53,362 nucleotides of DNA, from IMG/VR virus record IMGVR_UViG_3300045988_073284; one strand, 5' to 3'. The notes beneath the pieces were generated by a model. It saw nothing but the letters and a program-made list of their open reading frames with translations, was not told the DNA's origin and did no database searches. Made by a program: the position numbers and the translations under genes. Below are positions 25,911-34,240 of this stretch, piece by piece (position 1 is the stretch's first letter; each line of letters begins with the position of its first letter). This DNA is from a virus.

Positions 25911-26912
25911 ATGGCAAACGAGGTTAAAAAGACTACACAGGCAGCTGGCAACGTACCAGCTAAGCCTGTAAACGCATTCAAGAACCTTCTTGATAATGCT
26001 TCTATGCGTAAGATGTTCACTGATGCGATGGGCAAGAACGCTGGTTCCTTCATTACATCCATGATCGAGATGTACAAAGGCAATGGAGATCTACAGAAAT
26101 GTGATCCTACAGCCGTGGTTATGGAATGCGTGAAAGCGGCAACGCTTCATCTTCCTATCGAGCGTTCCCTGGGATTCGCCTGGATCATCCCTTATAAGAT
26201 CACCGTAAAGACTAAGGATCCTGTTACTGGATTCTATCACTACGATATGGTTATGAAGCCGACATTCCAGCTGGGATATAGAGGTTTGATCCAGCTTGCT
26301 ATGCGAACAGGTATGTATAAGTTCCTTAATGCTGATGAGGTGTTTGAAGGAGAGCTGAGATCCATCAATAAGCTCACTGGTGAAATAGATCTTAATGGTG
26401 TGCGAACTGGTGATACTGTTGTAGGTTACTTTGCATACCTTGAACTTATTACTGGTTTCCGCAAGACACTATACATGACAGTGGAACAGATGGCTGCACA
26501 CGCTAAGAAATACTCAAAGAGTATCAAGAATGAGGTGAAGGTTACTGATCTTATTCCTCTTGCTCAGATCCTCACTCCTACAGGTGATGGTGTCGGATGG
26601 ATGGCGAACTTTAATGGCATGGCAGAAAAGACCGTCACAAGAAACCTTCTCTCTAAGTATGGCTATCTTTCTACTGAGCTTTCACAGGCTATCAGCTACG
26701 ATATTAATTCAGATCGAAAGGTAGAGGATGCTGATTATGTAGATGTTACAGACCAGAAAATGATCGGATTCAGCGATGATAACGGCAACACATATACAAT
26801 GGTAGGAGGATCGGCTGGTAATAACACAAGCCATGGAGGTGAGGGATCGGCTACTGGTGCTGTAGATGCTGCAAGTGCTACAGCTAATAATGAACCAGAT
26901 CCAGGATTCTAA
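25911..26912 (+). CDS. recT: RecT-family single-strand annealing protein
   Basis: The segments ...SFITSMIEMYKGNGDLQKCDPTAVVMECVKAATLHLPIE..., ...FQLGYRGLIQLAMRTG... and ...VVGYFAY... follow the RecT family pattern. Confidence 0.85.
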   Translation: MANEVKKTTQAAGNVPAKPVNAFKNLLDNASMRKMFTDAMGKNAGSFITSMIEMYKGNGDLQKCDPTAVVMECVKAATLHLPIERSLGFAWIIPYKITVKTKDPVTGFYHYDMVMKPTFQLGYRGLIQLAMRTGMYKFLNADEVFEGELRSINKLTGEIDLNGVRTGDTVVGYFAYLELITGFRKTLYMTVEQMAAHAKKYSKSIKNEVKVTDLIPLAQILTPTGDGVGWMANFNGMAEKTVTRNLLSKYGYLSTELSQAISYDINSDRKVEDADYVDVTDQKMIGFSDDNGNTYTMVGGSAGNNTSHGGEGSATGAVDAASATANNEPDPGF

Positions 26913-26917
26913 GGCTT

Positions 26918-27649
26918 ATGATGCTCAAAGTATTGGGATCTTCCAGTAAGGGAAACTGTTACATCCTGGAGAACGAAAGCGAGGCTCTGATATTGGAGGC
27001 TGGCATTAAGTTCCAGGATGTGAAGAAAGCCCTTAACTGGAATATCGCTAAAGTAAAAGGATGCCTGGTAACTCACAGACATGGTGATCACTCTAAGTAT
27101 ATCAAGGATCTGGCTGGATGCTTCTACACCCTGGCACTACAGGATGTATTTGATTTCAGAGGTGTGACTGGTAACAAGCTGGTTCCGATCACTCCTGGAG
27201 CCAGATACAAGTGTGGAAATTTCAAGATCATACCTTTTGAGGCGCACCACGATGTTCCCTGTGTCGGATACCTCATAGATCACCCAGATATGGGTACGCT
27301 GATGTTCCTCACAGATTCCTATGAATGTGACTACAGGTTTGCTGATCTACAGCATATACTTATCGAGTGTAACTATTCAGATAAGTACCTGGTGGAGGCG
27401 ATCAATGAAGGAAGAACCTTTGCAAGGCAACGAGATCGCCTTCTTAAATCGCACCTATCGCTTCCTGGATGCCTGGAGTTCCTTAACACCTCAGATCTAA
27501 GCAAGGTTAAGGAGATCGTTCTGATCCACCTATCAAGCGAAAACAGCAACGCTGATGAGTTTGTCAAGGCTGTTGAGGATGATGCCAGGAAACCTACTTA
27601 TGTAGCTTATCCAGGTGCTGAGATTGATATAACACGTATCTATGGCTAA
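26918..27649 (+). CDS. Metallo-beta-lactamase-fold hydrolase (probable nuclease partner of RecT)
   Basis: The motif VTHRHGDHSKY (HxHxDH) follows an N-terminal beta-strand LKVLGSSSKGNCYILE. The gene is adjacent to recT. Confidence 0.8.
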   Translation: MMLKVLGSSSKGNCYILENESEALILEAGIKFQDVKKALNWNIAKVKGCLVTHRHGDHSKYIKDLAGCFYTLALQDVFDFRGVTGNKLVPITPGARYKCGNFKIIPFEAHHDVPCVGYLIDHPDMGTLMFLTDSYECDYRFADLQHILIECNYSDKYLVEAINEGRTFARQRDRLLKSHLSLPGCLEFLNTSDLSKVKEIVLIHLSSENSNADEFVKAVEDDARKPTYVAYPGAEIDITRIYG

Positions 27650-28073
27650 GGTTCTGATCGAGAAGATTCATGGGCTGTTTGATCTTAAGCCTCTTTATGA
27701 ATATATCCGCACAAGAGCGGATGGAGTATTCAGAATAGAGGTTGTTCGGGTTAGAAAGAAAAGATCTGGAGATCAGAACGGCTGGCTATGGGGATGTATC
27801 TATCCTCTTATGCTTGATGCGATGATTGATGCTGGCTGGGAGTTCACCAGCTGTGAACAGCTTCACGAATACTTCAAGAACCTATTCACGGCAGAACAGG
27901 TAGTGAACAAAGAAACTGGTGAGATCGTCAAGTTTCCATCTTCTACAGCTGACATGGATACTGTGCAATTCTCCAGCTATTGTGAACAGCTCAGAAGCTA
28001 TGCCAGGGAATATCTTAACTGTAACATACCAGATCCAGATAAATTTTGGAAAGACAATGAAAAAGATTCCTAA
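27642..28073 (+). CDS. NinB/Orf-like recombination mediator
   Basis: KKRSGDQNGWLWGCIYPL parallels the lambda NinB motif RSLDQNRKLWACLGDV. 143 aa, within the recombination module. Confidence 0.5.
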   Translation: MAKVLIEKIHGLFDLKPLYEYIRTRADGVFRIEVVRVRKKRSGDQNGWLWGCIYPLMLDAMIDAGWEFTSCEQLHEYFKNLFTAEQVVNKETGEIVKFPSSTADMDTVQFSSYCEQLRSYAREYLNCNIPDPDKFWKDNEKDS

Positions 28074-28218
28074 CCACATGGTAACTGAGCTACAGAGGCT
28101 GGTTCCACTGATTATTGATAACGTTTCAGATACAAAGAATACCAGAGTACTGAATGCTATCAGAATAACGAAGAAGATTATTAAAAAGTTAGATAATTTA
28201 AAAGATATTGAAAAATGA
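28057..28218 (+). CDS. Small hypothetical protein (53 aa)
   Basis: Internal ATG of track ORF 27919..28218 (MKKIPNHMVTELQRLVPLIIDN...). Its stop overlaps the next start (ATGA). Confidence 0.35.
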   Translation: MKKIPNHMVTELQRLVPLIIDNVSDTKNTRVLNAIRITKKIIKKLDNLKDIEK

Positions 28219-28835
28219 AGGTAATAGAAGTAACAGAGAAAGAAGTAAAGGCTGCATTTGATGCGGCAAAGAGTGATGAGGTGAAGAATGTGCTGGCAGC
28301 ACTCTTTTGCAAGCCAGAGGATCGTGTTAAGCCATCCCTGGATGATTACAAGAGTATCAAGACATACGAAGATGCTTGTGAGGCACTTGGTGAAGAACCT
28401 GTAGAGGGATCTCTCGGAGATCATGTAGATAAGCATATTATCGCCTTAATTAAGCTGGAGACTATAAGCCGTGCTCTCTGGGGAAAGGACTGGCAACCTA
28501 AGCCAGATCCAGATGGTAGCAAGTATTTCTATTATCCTTGGTTCGCTCTCTACACTCAGTCTGAAATGGATTCTATGAGTGAGGAAGATAGGGGTGCTAT
28601 GCTCGGTGCGAGTGCGAATTCTGGTGCGAATGCTGGGTTCGGCTGTCTGATTGCGAATATTCGCTCCTCGGCTTTGTCTGCGGATTTTGGGTTCCGCTTG
28701 TGCCAGGAAACAGAGAAAAAGGCTAAGTATTTCGGTGTTCAGTTCAAGGAAATCTGGGCTGATTATCTGGCATTCCAGTTCAAGGAAATCTGGGCTGATT
28801 ATCTGGCATTCAATTTCACTGTAGAGAATAAATAA
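28215..28835 (+). CDS. DGR target protein 2: small (206 aa) C-type-lectin-fold variable protein in the early operon
   Basis: The segment ...YYPWFALY...RGAMLGASANSGANAGFGCLIANIRSSALSADFGFRLCQ... is encoded by VR2, which matches the TR at 15223..15332. Unlike target 1, 45 further codons follow the VR, including a tandem duplication. No signal peptide is evident. Confidence 0.85.
   Translation: MKVIEVTEKEVKAAFDAAKSDEVKNVLAALFCKPEDRVKPSLDDYKSIKTYEDACEALGEEPVEGSLGDHVDKHIIALIKLETISRALWGKDWQPKPDPDGSKYFYYPWFALYTQSEMDSMSEEDRGAMLGASANSGANAGFGCLIANIRSSALSADFGFRLCQETEKKAKYFGVQFKEIWADYLAFQFKEIWADYLAFNFTVENK
28590..28699 (+). repeat. DGR variable region VR2 (remote; 13,367 nt from the TR)
   Basis: Hand alignment to the TR gives 12 mismatches at TR adenines plus 2 at non-adenines (TR C15232 -> A28599; TR C15308 -> T28675). 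VR2 has the same 3' flank as VR1 (gggttccgcttgtgcc). Confidence 0.85.
28740..28811 (+). repeat. Perfect 2 x 36-bp tandem duplication (cagttcaaggaaatctgggctgattatctggcattc)
   Basis: 28740..28775 is identical to 28776..28811. It is in frame and encodes QFKEIWADYLAF twice, 41 nt after the end of VR2. Confidence 0.97.
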
Positions 28836-28845
28836 AATACAGATC

Positions 28846-29616
28846 ATGGCAAAAAGAGATAAGATGATGTTCGATGTGGGCTGGTGGCTGACGGATCCAA
28901 AAGTTAGAAGCCTGTCTGCTGAGGATCGTGCATTATTCGTGGATCTCTTATGCCAGATGTGGATCTCTCCAGAAAGAGGTGTGATGATCGGTGGATCCAT
29001 CCAGCATCCACTAACCAAACGTGAGATCATTTTCATGGTTGGTGGTGATACTGATGATGAGTGGCTGGATCGCCTGGTGGAAGCTGATGTGGTGTATATT
29101 AGGCAAGATGGAGCTTATTGTAATAGCTTGATGATGCACGATGCCCAGGTAAGCGAAGCCAGGCGAAAGGCTGGATCGAAGGGCGGTAAGAGTACGATGA
29201 GTGCTAACCGCCAGGTGGAGAAGCCGATCATTAAGGCAACACCACCAGTGAAAGCGAAGCCAAAGGATCCAGAAGGAAATATTTTCCAGGATCAGCAACC
29301 TCCAGAGGAAAAGGCTGCAAAGCCGAAGCATCAGAAAAAGCAATATGCTCAAAGCGTGACTATGACAGAGGAAGAATATAAGAGCCTCACAGAACAGTTC
29401 ACTGAGCCTGTTGCAAAGGAAATGATCGAGATCCTATCAAACTACAAGGGATCCAAAGGCAAAAAATATAAATCAGATTACAGGGCTATCCTCTCATGGG
29501 TGGTCGGCGCTTACAAGGAAAGACAAAATCGTTATTATGGCAGCAATAAAGAATATAAACGAAATAATCCAGAGCCTACAGCCACAGATCCAACGAGCTA
29601 CGAAAAGGATCTATAG
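28846..29616 (+). CDS. Replication organiser/initiator-like protein
   Basis: 256 aa. The N-terminus FDVGWWLTDPKVRSLSAEDRALFVDLLCQMW resembles the DUF1376/YdaU-type phage replication proteins. It lies immediately upstream of the DnaC-like loader. The call rests on position plus weak motif memory. Confidence 0.45.
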   Translation: MAKRDKMMFDVGWWLTDPKVRSLSAEDRALFVDLLCQMWISPERGVMIGGSIQHPLTKREIIFMVGGDTDDEWLDRLVEADVVYIRQDGAYCNSLMMHDAQVSEARRKAGSKGGKSTMSANRQVEKPIIKATPPVKAKPKDPEGNIFQDQQPPEEKAAKPKHQKKQYAQSVTMTEEEYKSLTEQFTEPVAKEMIEILSNYKGSKGKKYKSDYRAILSWVVGAYKERQNRYYGSNKEYKRNNPEPTATDPTSYEKDL

Positions 29617-30196
29617 ATCTCCTTTGAGCAAGGAGGATTCTTATAGGCTGTTGTATTATTGCTATAAGGCAGAGGTCGAAAAGAGAGGGCTTGTTATGAA
29701 GAATGATGAGCACATTCTTGGAGCTATTAAAGATGCCTCTAGCTGGCTGGTTGATGGCAAGAAGCCTGGTTTGCTCCTGTATGGAGGAATAGGCAACGGC
29801 AAGACAACGCTAGCAAATGCAATATGTATGTATATTAACCAGCTCATAGATTACAGTGAGTCTGGTGTGTACAGAACCACAGCGATCATAGTATCCAGAA
29901 AGTCTATGAGGGATGAGACAAGCAAGTATCTGGAGGAACTTAAGACTAAGGAAATGGTTTGCCTGGATGATCTTGGGGTCGAGGCTCCCACAGTCAAGTG
30001 TTACGGAAATGACATTTATCCCTTAACAGAATGGATCTATGCCAGGTACGAATATCCTCTATTCACGCTGGTTACGACAAACCTCAACATGGAACAGTTA
30101 TCAGAGCGGTATGGTTCCAGAATAGCTGATCGCATGGAGGAATACTTCAACAAGATACCGTTTACTCATGCAACGTATAGAAAAAAGACAAAATAA
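29537..30196 (+). CDS. DnaC/IstB-like AAA+ helicase loader
   Basis: Walker A is LLLYGGIGNGKTTLANAI and Walker B is MVCLDDLGVE. The track start overlaps the upstream gene by 80 nt, so the true start may be internal. Confidence 0.7.
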   Translation: MAAIKNINEIIQSLQPQIQRATKRIYRSPLSKEDSYRLLYYCYKAEVEKRGLVMKNDEHILGAIKDASSWLVDGKKPGLLLYGGIGNGKTTLANAICMYINQLIDYSESGVYRTTAIIVSRKSMRDETSKYLEELKTKEMVCLDDLGVEAPTVKCYGNDIYPLTEWIYARYEYPLFTLVTTNLNMEQLSERYGSRIADRMEEYFNKIPFTHATYRKKTK

Positions 30197-30756
30197 TGAA
30201 AAAAGGACTCATTCAGAAAATCTATGAAGATGCCTGTGCAAAAGGCTTTCATACAGAGTATAAATCAGATCAGCACTGGCTGATCATGGTAATAACAGAG
30301 GTGGCAGAAGCTATAGAAGCCGATCGCCAGAACAGATACGTTAAGTTGAACCCAACCATCAAGGCTGTGTTCAATGACGTAACAAAGAGCGATGAAGCCT
30401 TCATAGATCGCTTCCAGCAGTACATCAAGAACCACGTGGAGGATGAGCTGGCAGATATTGTGATCCGCTTGTGCGATTACGCTGGAGATAAGGGCTTCTT
30501 TGATCTTCCAGATCCTACCATCAAGGCAGATAAGATGTTCTTTGCCTCTCTCTCCTTCACTGAGGTTGCTTATGATCTCACTAAACACATAATAGTTGAT
30601 GAAGCATTCCTGGGAGCGATGGAGGCTTTTCTTCCTAACATCATTCAGTACGTCTATGACTGGGCTGATAGCATGGGAATAGATCTGGATTGGTTCGTGG
30701 AGCAGAAGATCAGATACAACTCTCTCAGAGAACCACTGCATAACAAGAAGTATTAA
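30196..30756 (+). CDS. MazG-like nucleotide pyrophosphohydrolase
   Basis: The helical EExxE/D-type pattern (VITEVAEAIEADR ... VEDELADIVIRLCDYA) resembles the MazG family. Confidence 0.5.
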   Translation: MKKGLIQKIYEDACAKGFHTEYKSDQHWLIMVITEVAEAIEADRQNRYVKLNPTIKAVFNDVTKSDEAFIDRFQQYIKNHVEDELADIVIRLCDYAGDKGFFDLPDPTIKADKMFFASLSFTEVAYDLTKHIIVDEAFLGAMEAFLPNIIQYVYDWADSMGIDLDWFVEQKIRYNSLREPLHNKKY

Positions 30757-30773
30757 CTTTAAACATAGAGAAA

Positions 30774-31703
30774 ATGAAAAAGGAAATTAAGATGGATCCA
30801 GAGGATCTACAGACAAGAATTAACCAGGAGATCATTACAACGTCCGATCCTCGCAAGATGCTTGGTATGTACACAGCTAAGCGAGTACTCAGAACATGGA
30901 CTGAGGATTTCATAGATCAAGACACAGGCGAACTTGTTACCATAGAGCGTAACGAAGTGATCATGGAACGTGGTGTTCTTCTCACTCCAGAACAGGTTTC
31001 GGAGCTTTCCTTCTATCTCCAGAGTGGAGATATTAAGGAGGTTGAGATCACAAACCAGTGTCGCAACGGTATCGAGTATCTGGGTGGCGGCTTCACACCT
31101 TGGATGGCAACGGTCAAGGTAAATGGCAAGAACACTAAGATGCTTCTGTTTGCCCAGGATATTAAACAGGCTCTGGAGATCTTGAAAGATTACACAGAGC
31201 TTGAAACAAGTGGTAGCTTCTTCATCCTTGGTATTAAGCAAAGATCCTCTCTGATCTATATTGATAGCCAGCTTTCTTCTTATGCTATGAATGAGAAGGG
31301 AGAAGCTGTAGTGGATGAGAAGGATGATGAGAAGGTGGTGAAGCAGCGATTCTATATCGTAGATGCTTCCATCCAGAACCTGAATGCAACACAAGACCAG
31401 GTGGAGGATGGTGTGGATGTATATTGCCAGACCTTCCTTCTTAAGTCTGCCAACGCTGACAGCGGAAAGAAGCAGATCGAGCTGTATATGGCACGTAAGG
31501 CTAAGGAACGTGCTGAGACTGGCAAGGAGGCGATCATCTGTAAGTATGGCATTACTATCAATGCGGTTTCTCCAGTAGGTATCGGCAGCGTGGTTCCAGA
31601 GTATTTTTCTGAGGCATACAAACACGCTGAGAGCGATTTTGCTAAGGAAGTAGAGAAGAAGGATTCTAAGGAGGAAGATGAGGATGAGAACAGCGAAGAA
31701 TGA
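30774..31703 (+). CDS. Hypothetical protein with acidic C-terminal tail
   Basis: 309-aa ORF ending in KKDSKEEDEDENSEE. No motif recognised. The 360-aa antisense ORF over the same region was rejected. Confidence 0.55.
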   Translation: MKKEIKMDPEDLQTRINQEIITTSDPRKMLGMYTAKRVLRTWTEDFIDQDTGELVTIERNEVIMERGVLLTPEQVSELSFYLQSGDIKEVEITNQCRNGIEYLGGGFTPWMATVKVNGKNTKMLLFAQDIKQALEILKDYTELETSGSFFILGIKQRSSLIYIDSQLSSYAMNEKGEAVVDEKDDEKVVKQRFYIVDASIQNLNATQDQVEDGVDVYCQTFLLKSANADSGKKQIELYMARKAKERAETGKEAIICKYGITINAVSPVGIGSVVPEYFSEAYKHAESDFAKEVEKKDSKEEDEDENSEE

Positions 31704-32154
31704 ACCTAAGAAGGTGGTGGTAATGTTATCCACCACCTTCCCTGTAGGACACAAAAGAGAAAAACAGCCAACAGGTTTCCGTGAGAGCCTTCTGGCTGGA
31801 AAGAAGATCCACACGATCAGAGAGGATGCCAAAGGCTTGTGGCAGAAACGCTGCAAGGAGATCAACGAGTGAAAGAAGTATATTTCCATCCGTGAGTGGA
31901 CTGGCAGACCTTATAACTCTGAGCAAAGGATCATCAAGGAGGTTCACCAGGTAAGCCTACAGAAGATCACCATAGTTCGTACAGACGAGCACCAGGATCC
32001 TAAGTGCTGGGTGGATGGTAAACAGATTCCTATAGACCAGGTAGCTGCAAACGATGGACTGGATAAGGATGATTTCATTTCTTTCATGTTCTTTGGCTTG
32101 AACGGTGAGATCTTTGATGGTGTGATCATTCAGCTAACAGATTTCAGATATTAA
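31678..32154 (+). pseudogene. Hypothetical protein gene interrupted by an in-frame TGA (31870..31872)
   Basis: The 64-codon ORF ends ...KRCKEINE-TGA. The same frame stays open for 93 more codons (KKYISIREWTGRPYNSEQRII...QLTDFRY, TAA 32152..32154), with no ATG/GTG/TTG in the first ~46 codons. Confidence 0.5.
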
Positions 32155-32155
32155 G

Positions 32156-32242
32156 ATGGATCAAGAAGTATTTCGTTTATTAATGTGGTTTTTGCTCCTT
32201 ACAAGCTCTATTATCGGTATTGCCTGGAGCATTAAAGACTAA
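32156..32242 (+). CDS. Very small hydrophobic ORF (28 aa)
   Basis: ATG 32156 ... TAA 32240..32242, MDQEVFRLLMWFLLLTSSIIGIAWSIKD. It fills a gap, but evidence is weak. Confidence 0.2.
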   Translation: MDQEVFRLLMWFLLLTSSIIGIAWSIKD

Positions 32243-32251
32243 GATTAAGTT

Positions 32252-32548
32252 ATGAAAAGAATATTCAAGTATTCCCTGGAGATCCTGGATCGCCAGGAGG
32301 TTGAGCTTCCAGCTGGAGCAAAGATCCTCAGTGTGCAAGCTCAGAATGGTTTGCCTCAGATCTGGGCGATGGTAGATGATTCCCAGGTTAAGACAGACAT
32401 GGTTCACATCCGAATAATCGGCACAGGGTATGAGATACCAGATGCCGATTCCCTGGAGTATATCGGAACCGTACAACTGATCAATGGTGAATGTGTTTTC
32501 CACGTGTTCAAAGAGGTAGATCATGGCAAGCAAAGTGATCAAGATTAA
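32252..32548 (+). CDS. Hypothetical protein (conserved-looking small phage protein)
   Basis: 98 aa; MKRIFKYSLEILDRQEVELPAGAKILSVQAQNG..IWAMVD...IRIIGTGYEI. I recall this pattern from a widespread phage family of unknown function but cannot verify it here. Confidence 0.55.
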   Translation: MKRIFKYSLEILDRQEVELPAGAKILSVQAQNGLPQIWAMVDDSQVKTDMVHIRIIGTGYEIPDADSLEYIGTVQLINGECVFHVFKEVDHGKQSDQD

Positions 32549-32729
32549 GATCGGAACCGATGTTCACCAGATGGTGGATGACAAGGGCGAGAAAATAGGA
32601 TGCTATGAGTGCTCTCTATTCAATATGTGTTCCAGACTGGGCAACAGTCAGACACCTCTCTGTGATTCTCTGATCAAGGAGAATGCCGATTGTGACTACC
32701 AGGGTGGGCATTTCATTCTAAAGCAATAG
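32523..32729 (+). CDS. Small Cys-rich protein
   Basis: 68 aa with CYECSLFNMC...PLCD...DCD. Overlaps the upstream gene by 26 nt. Confidence 0.45.
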   Translation: MASKVIKIKIGTDVHQMVDDKGEKIGCYECSLFNMCSRLGNSQTPLCDSLIKENADCDYQGGHFILKQ

Positions 32730-32732
32730 ATC

Positions 32733-33314
32733 ATGTTTGAGATATACGTTAAAATGAAGAAGAAAAAGTGTTGGAAACTTGCTATAGAGGTTCCCAACGC
32801 TTGGGGTGGAATGCCTCACCTCTGGATGTATCTGGAAAAGAAATACCTTCCATCTTACGTACCAGTAGGAGCTGATGGAAAGCCGCTGGATCTGGAATGG
32901 GTGAAGGAAAAACAGGCAAAAGGCGAATATGCAAGCCGCTGGATCTATGCTTCATCCAGGAAGGAGATCGAGGATCTACAGAAAGATTTCCGCTTAACTT
33001 ATGAGGAAATGATGGTGTTCAGATCTACCTTTGATTTCGCAAAGGTTCTAGGCGAAGATATACCAGTTTACCTTGAATGCTTAAAGGTTGTCGCTGATGA
33101 GTGTGGAGGCATATATCCACAACAATACAAGGAACTGAGTGCCTTTATTAAGGTTCACAGCATAGATGATATTGAGGCGATCGCTTTCAACCAGACAAGC
33201 GTAAACTGTGCCTGTGATTTCTTTGGCAACAGATACAATGAACCAGCAGATAACTTCTGGGACTGCATTTGCCCAAAGGATTTTTATAACAACCTTAGAA
33301 AAGAAATGAAATGA
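32733..33314 (+). CDS. Hypothetical protein
   Basis: 193-aa ORF, co-oriented and tightly packed in the early operon. Confidence 0.55.
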   Translation: MFEIYVKMKKKKCWKLAIEVPNAWGGMPHLWMYLEKKYLPSYVPVGADGKPLDLEWVKEKQAKGEYASRWIYASSRKEIEDLQKDFRLTYEEMMVFRSTFDFAKVLGEDIPVYLECLKVVADECGGIYPQQYKELSAFIKVHSIDDIEAIAFNQTSVNCACDFFGNRYNEPADNFWDCICPKDFYNNLRKEMK

Positions 33315-33325
33315 AATAACAGATA

Positions 33326-33565
33326 ATGGCGAATTTGAAAAAACCAAAATGCAAACAGTGTAAATTTTGGGAATATACCAAAACACTTGGATCTCCTATA
33401 GTTCCTGTTTGGCACTGTAGAAGTGGTTTTACACCCTGGGCAGATGCTTTAGGTGATTGCATAAAGATGGCTGAGCGTAATTTCAAGGCTTACCTTAAAG
33501 ACAAAAAAGAACATCCAGAAAGTTATTCTGGGTATTCTAAACAGTTGGAAATAGATTTCAAATAA
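33326..33565 (+). CDS. Small Cys-containing hypothetical protein
   Basis: 79-aa ORF containing KCKQCKFWEY...WHCRSG... Confidence 0.45.
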   Translation: MANLKKPKCKQCKFWEYTKTLGSPIVPVWHCRSGFTPWADALGDCIKMAERNFKAYLKDKKEHPESYSGYSKQLEIDFK

Positions 33566-33567
33566 AT

Positions 33568-33741
33568 ATGAATGCAAGAGCGTTTTTCGATCTGGTGGCT
33601 AATATGAGAGCCGCACAGATCGGCTTCTTTAAAAGCCCGAAAGGATCGCAAGAGAGACAGGGCTTTTACAAACAGAGCAAGGATCTGGAGGCAGCTGTGG
33701 ATGCTGAGATCCAGCGAGTGAATAACATTTTAAACAAGTAA
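33568..33741 (+). CDS. Small hypothetical protein (57 aa), below the track cutoff
   Basis: ATG 33568 ... TAA 33739..33741, MNARAFFDLVANMRAAQIGFFKSPKGSQERQGFYKQSKDLEAAVDAEIQRVNNILNK. It fills the gap between neighbouring genes. Confidence 0.35.
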   Translation: MNARAFFDLVANMRAAQIGFFKSPKGSQERQGFYKQSKDLEAAVDAEIQRVNNILNK

Positions 33742-33744
33742 GAT

Positions 33745-34236
33745 ATGAGCTGGAAAGAAATGATACAAGTGGAACGTGGAGCCGATATTACAGAAATGGA
33801 AGCTCCTATTCCTAACACGATTGGAGAAGGCTTCACCTTCTGCCTTAATGGTAAGGAATATACCACAATAGGTGGATATACGAAAGGAAAGCGTGATGTG
33901 GAGTTTTACATAACTTCTTATATCGGTTATTGTGGTGGAGCAGAGCATTACTATTGTTCTATTAGTATTTCTGTGGAAAACAGAAACGGAAACACAACTA
34001 TAGGAGGATACTGTGGTGGTATAGAAATTCCTAACGAGTACCAGAGTTTCAAAGCGAGTATAGTAAGACCTCTTACAAAAGAGGAAGCGGCAGACACTGA
34101 AAGATGGAAATGGTACAAAGAAGGTGACATGGTGGAAGCATTTTGCTCACTCAAAGAACTTTATAAATGTATCGAAACGATCCGTCAGATTTTTCCAGAA
34201 GATAAATGGAATGTAGTTATTAAAAGAAATTACTAG
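33745..34236 (+). CDS. Hypothetical protein
   Basis: 163-aa ORF with an internal repeat TTIGGYT / TTIGGYC. Confidence 0.5.
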   Translation: MSWKEMIQVERGADITEMEAPIPNTIGEGFTFCLNGKEYTTIGGYTKGKRDVEFYITSYIGYCGGAEHYYCSISISVENRNGNTTIGGYCGGIEIPNEYQSFKASIVRPLTKEEAADTERWKWYKEGDMVEAFCSLKELYKCIETIRQIFPEDKWNVVIKRNY

Positions 34237-34240
34237 CAAT

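Noticed and set aside
30807-31889. 360-aa minus-strand ORF, longer than the plus-strand gene it overlaps.
   Set aside because: Its Leu/Ser/Cys/Ile-rich composition has no motifs and it is antisense to a co-oriented, tightly packed early operon. The plus-strand product looks like a normal soluble protein. Kept in mind only as an unlikely overlapping gene.
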